From: Spirochaetota bacterium
GTDB lineage: Bacteria; Spirochaetota; UBA4802; UBA5550
DNA: 64,000 bases
Assembly: GCA_963664815.2 (NCBI GenBank)
Contig: CAXXHB010000003.1
Span: forward strand, 3,648,001 to 3,712,000
Reading direction: 5' to 3'
The translations under genes were made by a program, and so were the position numbers. The notes under the pieces are model-generated. The model worked only from the letters and a program-made list of their open reading frames with translations. It was not told the DNA's origin and ran no database searches. Of the stretch, positions 63,597-64,000 are shown piece by piece. Numbering within the stretch: position 1 is the first letter of the stretch; every line of letters begins with the position of its first letter.

Positions 63597-64000
63597 TCAG
63601 TTCTTTTTATAGTTTTCAGGATCTATATTATACTTCTGCACCAGTTGCCAGAAGTTCTTCCTGTCAATTTCAGCTTCCCTGGCTGCTGCGGCAATGTTCC
63701 CGTTGTTCTTTTCAAGCATTCCTGAAAGATACTTCTTTTCAAACTCCTCCACTACCCGGGCTTTTGTATCCCTGAAATTCATATTTATTTCATCAAATGA
63801 TTCATCCGGTTCCGTTATAAATGACGCTATATCCCCTCTCCTGATAATATTATTTTCGCAGAGGGCCGATGCACTCTCTATACAATTTTTCAGTTCCCGC
63901 ACATTTCCGGGCCAGTCATATTTCATAAGAATGTTAACAGATTCATTTTCGATTTCAACCGGTTCATTTCTGTGAATATTGATTTCATCGAGAAAACTGT
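63597..64000 (-). CDS. Sigma-54-dependent activator, C-terminal part (partial)
   Basis: YDWPGNVRELKN; Fis-type HTH GNIAAAAREAEIDRKNF. Confidence 0.92.
   Translation of the reverse strand, partial: SFLDEINIHRNEPVEIENESVNILMKYDWPGNVRELKNCIESASALCENNIIRRGDIASFITEPDESFDEINMNFRDTKARVVEEFEKKYLSGMLEKNNGNIAAAAREAEIDRKNFWQLVQKYNIDPENYKKN

Noticed and set aside
1-64000. tRNA/rRNA genes, prophage, and the many short antisense ORFs in the track
   Set aside because: No RNA gene or phage structural gene was recognised; the short ORFs shadow well-supported genes

Overview
Low-GC bacterial chromosome window; a Spirochaetota-like host is a weak guess. The two flanks carry mostly housekeeping genes. The left flank has a CapA-like lipoprotein, a putative exopolysaccharide operon (TPR/beta-barrel, GGDEF-REC, HEAT-GT2, deacetylase), cysS, rlmB, a lactate permease and lepA. 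The right flank has an ABC-F ATPase, kup, an OYE, an RtcA-like gene and serS. Between them (about 21.5-52.7 kb) is an accessory region. Its main structure is a minus-strand integron-like cassette array at about 39.0-51.4 kb. The array has eight attC-like sites in three sequence families, cassettes bounded by 17-20 bp inverted ends, and an attI-like head, but no canonical IntI in the window. One cassette is itself a tyrosine recombinase + IS91-type (Y2 HUH) transposase module with its own attC. Other cargo includes candidate defence genes and a duplicated Phd/RelE toxin-antitoxin cassette. The array also holds two group II intron 3' remnants and an IS110 whose upstream non-coding region visibly matches its own target and donor sites, like a bridge RNA. 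A second, decayed array with related attC remnants lies at about 21.5-27.3 kb. All calls come from reading the sequence and recognising motifs; no searches were run.
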